DNA of 64,000 nt from Balanoglossus misakiensis. Taxonomy: Eukaryota > Animalia > Hemichordata. A program made the translations under genes and the position numbers. The DNA lies in assembly GCA_040954595.2 (NCBI GenBank), contig CM082579.2:3895227-3959226 (forward strand). The letters are read 5' to 3'. This document shows positions 61,801-64,000 of this stretch, piece after piece. Positions within the stretch are counted from its first letter, which is position 1. Each line of letters opens with the position of its first letter. The notes beneath the pieces are model-generated. The model was not told the DNA's origin and did not search any database. It saw only the letters and a list, made by a program, of their open reading frames with translations.

Positions 61801-63897
61801 GCGCAGGTAACGGGTCGCACGGGACAGCTAAGAGTAAAGTGCAAAGAGTGGTTAAATGTAAAAAAAATCAGATTAATTATGGACTCCGGATACACTTGCC
61901 GCTCAATTGATTCATTGGGACGGAGAATGTGAAACTGTATAGACTTTGAAGACCTACGTTGAATGTCGAGTTGAAACGAGCAGGTCACTGTTCTGCCGTT
62001 CCTGGAATTCGTGGCGGTGTAGATGACATTGTAGGTGCCCCAGCGAAACGCGGCGCCGTTGGCATAGTTCGGAGGCGTCACTTCGATGTATTGGTCCCCA
62101 CTCACCAGGGTGAACCGTGGTTCTGGCCAGCTGACGACGGTGCTGCTGTCCGTGGCCGTGATGTTCTGGTCCGCAGGGCAGAATTCGACTTCCGGGGGGA
62201 GTTCATCTGAAAAGTGGGTAGATGTGGAGGTTATCCTCCGTTATTACCACGAGATTGAGGAGGCAGGGCAAAGGGTGTAATTAAAGTAGCTGCACGGGAA
62301 ATGCAAAATAGCCTGGTGTTTTTGCCGGTCAATGCTCTTGTCTACAGCTAGCCCTGAAATTAATACCAGTATCCGACTTACCCCGTATGTAAATTGGGAA
62401 ACTACACTTGACGCTGTTTCCAGAATCGTCTGACATCGTGTACGCGATCGTGGTGTCGCGTGTGAAGTTGTGTGGTGGTGAAATACCGACAGGGTCCACC
62501 ACGACGGTCACAGCGCCCCCAGAGTTGTCCGTGGCACTCGGAATGTCCCAGCCAATCGTGACGTAGGGCGAGTCGGATTCAAGAGTGCCGTATTTTGGCC
62601 CGGGACAGGATTCCAACAGTGGCGCGGTTTTGTCTGCAGAGAAAAAATCATGACGATACTTATTTCTAGTTGATCAAAACAACTAACATCGAAGTCTCCG
62701 ATCAGAGACGGTTCTACGGCTTCTTGTTCGACAATCGGGGTTTCCATGAAAATGAAGAGAGTCAGTCGACACCAAACCAGCCGGCCATATCTGCTGCCCA
62801 TATCACCTTTGGAGAAATTTAACTACTGGTATACACCATCATACCTTCACATACTGGATGAGTTGTGTCGCCAAGCCACTGCCCAGTCTCGTCGCACGAC
62901 ACGGGACCTGTATTTCCCGCAGCGCTAAAGCCGCTCTTGCAAGTATACTGACACGTGGTGCCATAGTAAAGCGATATCGACCCGCTGCAGATGCTGGGAT
63001 ACGTTCCGCCGTTCGCGGGAGCCGTCAGGGGGTCACATGACACCACTGCAATAAATAGAATGGGATACGATAAACACAGGAATTGAGTGAAAAGATACAA
63101 ACATATTTCAGTCGTAAAAAATATATAAAAGGTTAATTAACAGCATAACAATTCAGGTGGCGTTCGACCAGTGACCAATACCGCATGATAAATTCTCTCT
63201 ATTCTGACGTCACCGCGAAGCGCTTGATTCACCTTGGCAGGTTGGCTGTTGCGTTCTCTCCCAGTATCCCCTGTCGTCCACGAATTCGCAGGTGGCGTTT
63301 TCGGAGCCGACTAGTTCGTAGCCAGACTGACACGTCACCGAACACGTACTGCCGTAGGCGTTGTCACAGTCACCGACGAAAAGTCCAAAGACGGGCGGTT
63401 GCAACTGAGGACATCGACGAACTGGAAAGAAAGAAATAACACATACACAAACTAGTTACTTCCAGTCTTCCATTGGACATCCCGGTGTTTTCGTGGAAGA
63501 GCAGTGTTTTGGTATTCGGTTCTCTTAATTTGTTTTAGTTGCGGAGAGATTTACAGTAGCACTGCCGTTGACTTGCCAGGATATAAGGCCACCTTGATTA
63601 CTATTATAAATATTCTGGTCGCATATACATTTTGTACACTGTCATCGTTTGTTACCTGAAACTTCCACGTCAAAGGCACACGTCGCCTCCAATCCTGCGC
63701 CATCCACAGCTGTGTATTCTACCCTGTGCTCTCCCACAGCCAGTGAAGCGCCGGGAGACAAGGTCAATGTCATGGTAACGCTGCCCGAGTTGTCTTCGGC
63801 CGACGGGTCGGGCCAGGTCACCTGCGTTGACGTCATTCCTCTGTCGGCATGGGCTGTCATGTCATCCGGGCAAGTCAGGAAACGTGGGGGTTCATTG
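49827..63897 (-). CDS. Large single-pass membrane protein with HYR, sushi/CCP, ephrin-receptor-like Cys-rich, Ca-binding EGF, pentraxin/LamG and TSP1 modules (SVEP1/uninflatable-like); 5' end lies outside the window
   Basis: About 28 exons. Module order: HYR (63897-63655), CCP x2, HYR x2, CCP, linker domain with KKKR (61466-60968), three Cys-rich CPxGTYQ-type repeats, many EGF repeats (59229-54582), pentraxin-like ([11 protein letters not shown]), EGF x2, TSP1 ([17 protein letters not shown]), CCP, second linker domain, Cys-rich repeat, TM ([23 protein letters not shown], about 50484-50385), cytoplasmic tail ending ...VLPPIN at 49827. Confidence 0.9.
55050..55419. repeat. Perfect 120-bp inverted repeat (55050-55169 / 55300-55419)
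   Basis: Arm 2 is the exact reverse complement of arm 1, which covers the 3' 77 nt of EGF exon 55240-55093 plus its GTAAGT donor. Confidence 0.95.
55424..56535 (+). mobile_element. 5'-truncated non-LTR retrotransposon (L2/CR1/Crack group), antisense within an intron
   Basis: Open RT frame to 56437 with [47 protein letters not shown]. Short 3' UTR with a stem-loop (GCGCACT 56481-56487 / AGTGCGT 56501-56507) and a (TAT)n tail at 56522-56534. Confidence 0.93.
55466..56437 (+). CDS. Reverse transcriptase ORF2 fragment of the LINE (323 aa, N-terminally truncated)
   Basis: RT motifs PQG and YADD in an uninterrupted frame. Confidence 0.85.
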   Translation: MFSHHLQVKYGVPQGSVLGPILFTLYTAPLEDIILGHNLDYMMYADDTQLYIICNKPEDVSAGVEMCVDDIRGWMRSNMLVLNDNKTEVIHFSSRLKHDMAELHNLRIGKHNITPSPFVRNLGVILNRDGFMGEHISQLCRNAYFSLSRIGKIRKLLDKPTTEKLIHAFVTSRLDYCNSLFYGISNDQLIRLQSVQNAAARLVTGTRKYDHITPVFIDLHWLPVKARIQFKILLTTFKIVRGDAPLYLTDLIDLYVPSRNLRSSEKLRLTPPRGYFNKSYGQRAFSVSAPLLWNALPSEIRCARNTTSFKRCLKTHLFNKFYS

Positions 63898-63961
63898 TCT
63901 GCATACAGAAAGACAATGTACAATATTCTTATACCGCATAGTTTAGCATCACCATCACATT

Positions 63962-63993
63962 AACAACAGCAACAACAACAACAACAACAACAA
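63962..63993. repeat. (AAC)n microsatellite
   Basis: Read directly at the end of the window. Confidence 0.85.
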
Positions 63994-64000
63994 ATTTGGA

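Overview
Intron-rich genomic DNA from an animal, apparently an invertebrate bilaterian (spliceosomal introns, AT-rich introns, GC-richer exons). Seven gene models were assembled by hand from splice sites and reading phase: (1) a Popeye-domain (BVES/POPDC-like) gene carrying an apparent 4-nt frameshifting duplication; (2) an orphan 341-aa acidic/basic disordered protein with a PP1-docking-like motif; (3) a complete 23-exon phosphorylase kinase alpha gene (minus strand); (4) UQCRQ, head-to-head with it; (5, 6) two tandem, diverged SLC13 transporter genes; (7) the 3' part of a large HYR/sushi/EGF/pentraxin/TSP1 single-pass membrane protein gene. One intron of gene 7 holds a 5'-truncated L2/CR1-type LINE joined to a perfect 120-bp inverted copy of the neighbouring exon end. 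The most notable observations are a probable non-canonical GA-AG intron, the LINE-linked fold-back duplication, the orphan PP1-docking candidate, the Popeye frameshift and binding-site divergence between the SLC13 paralogues. I found no convincing new multi-gene system. All family assignments come from motif recognition, not database searches.
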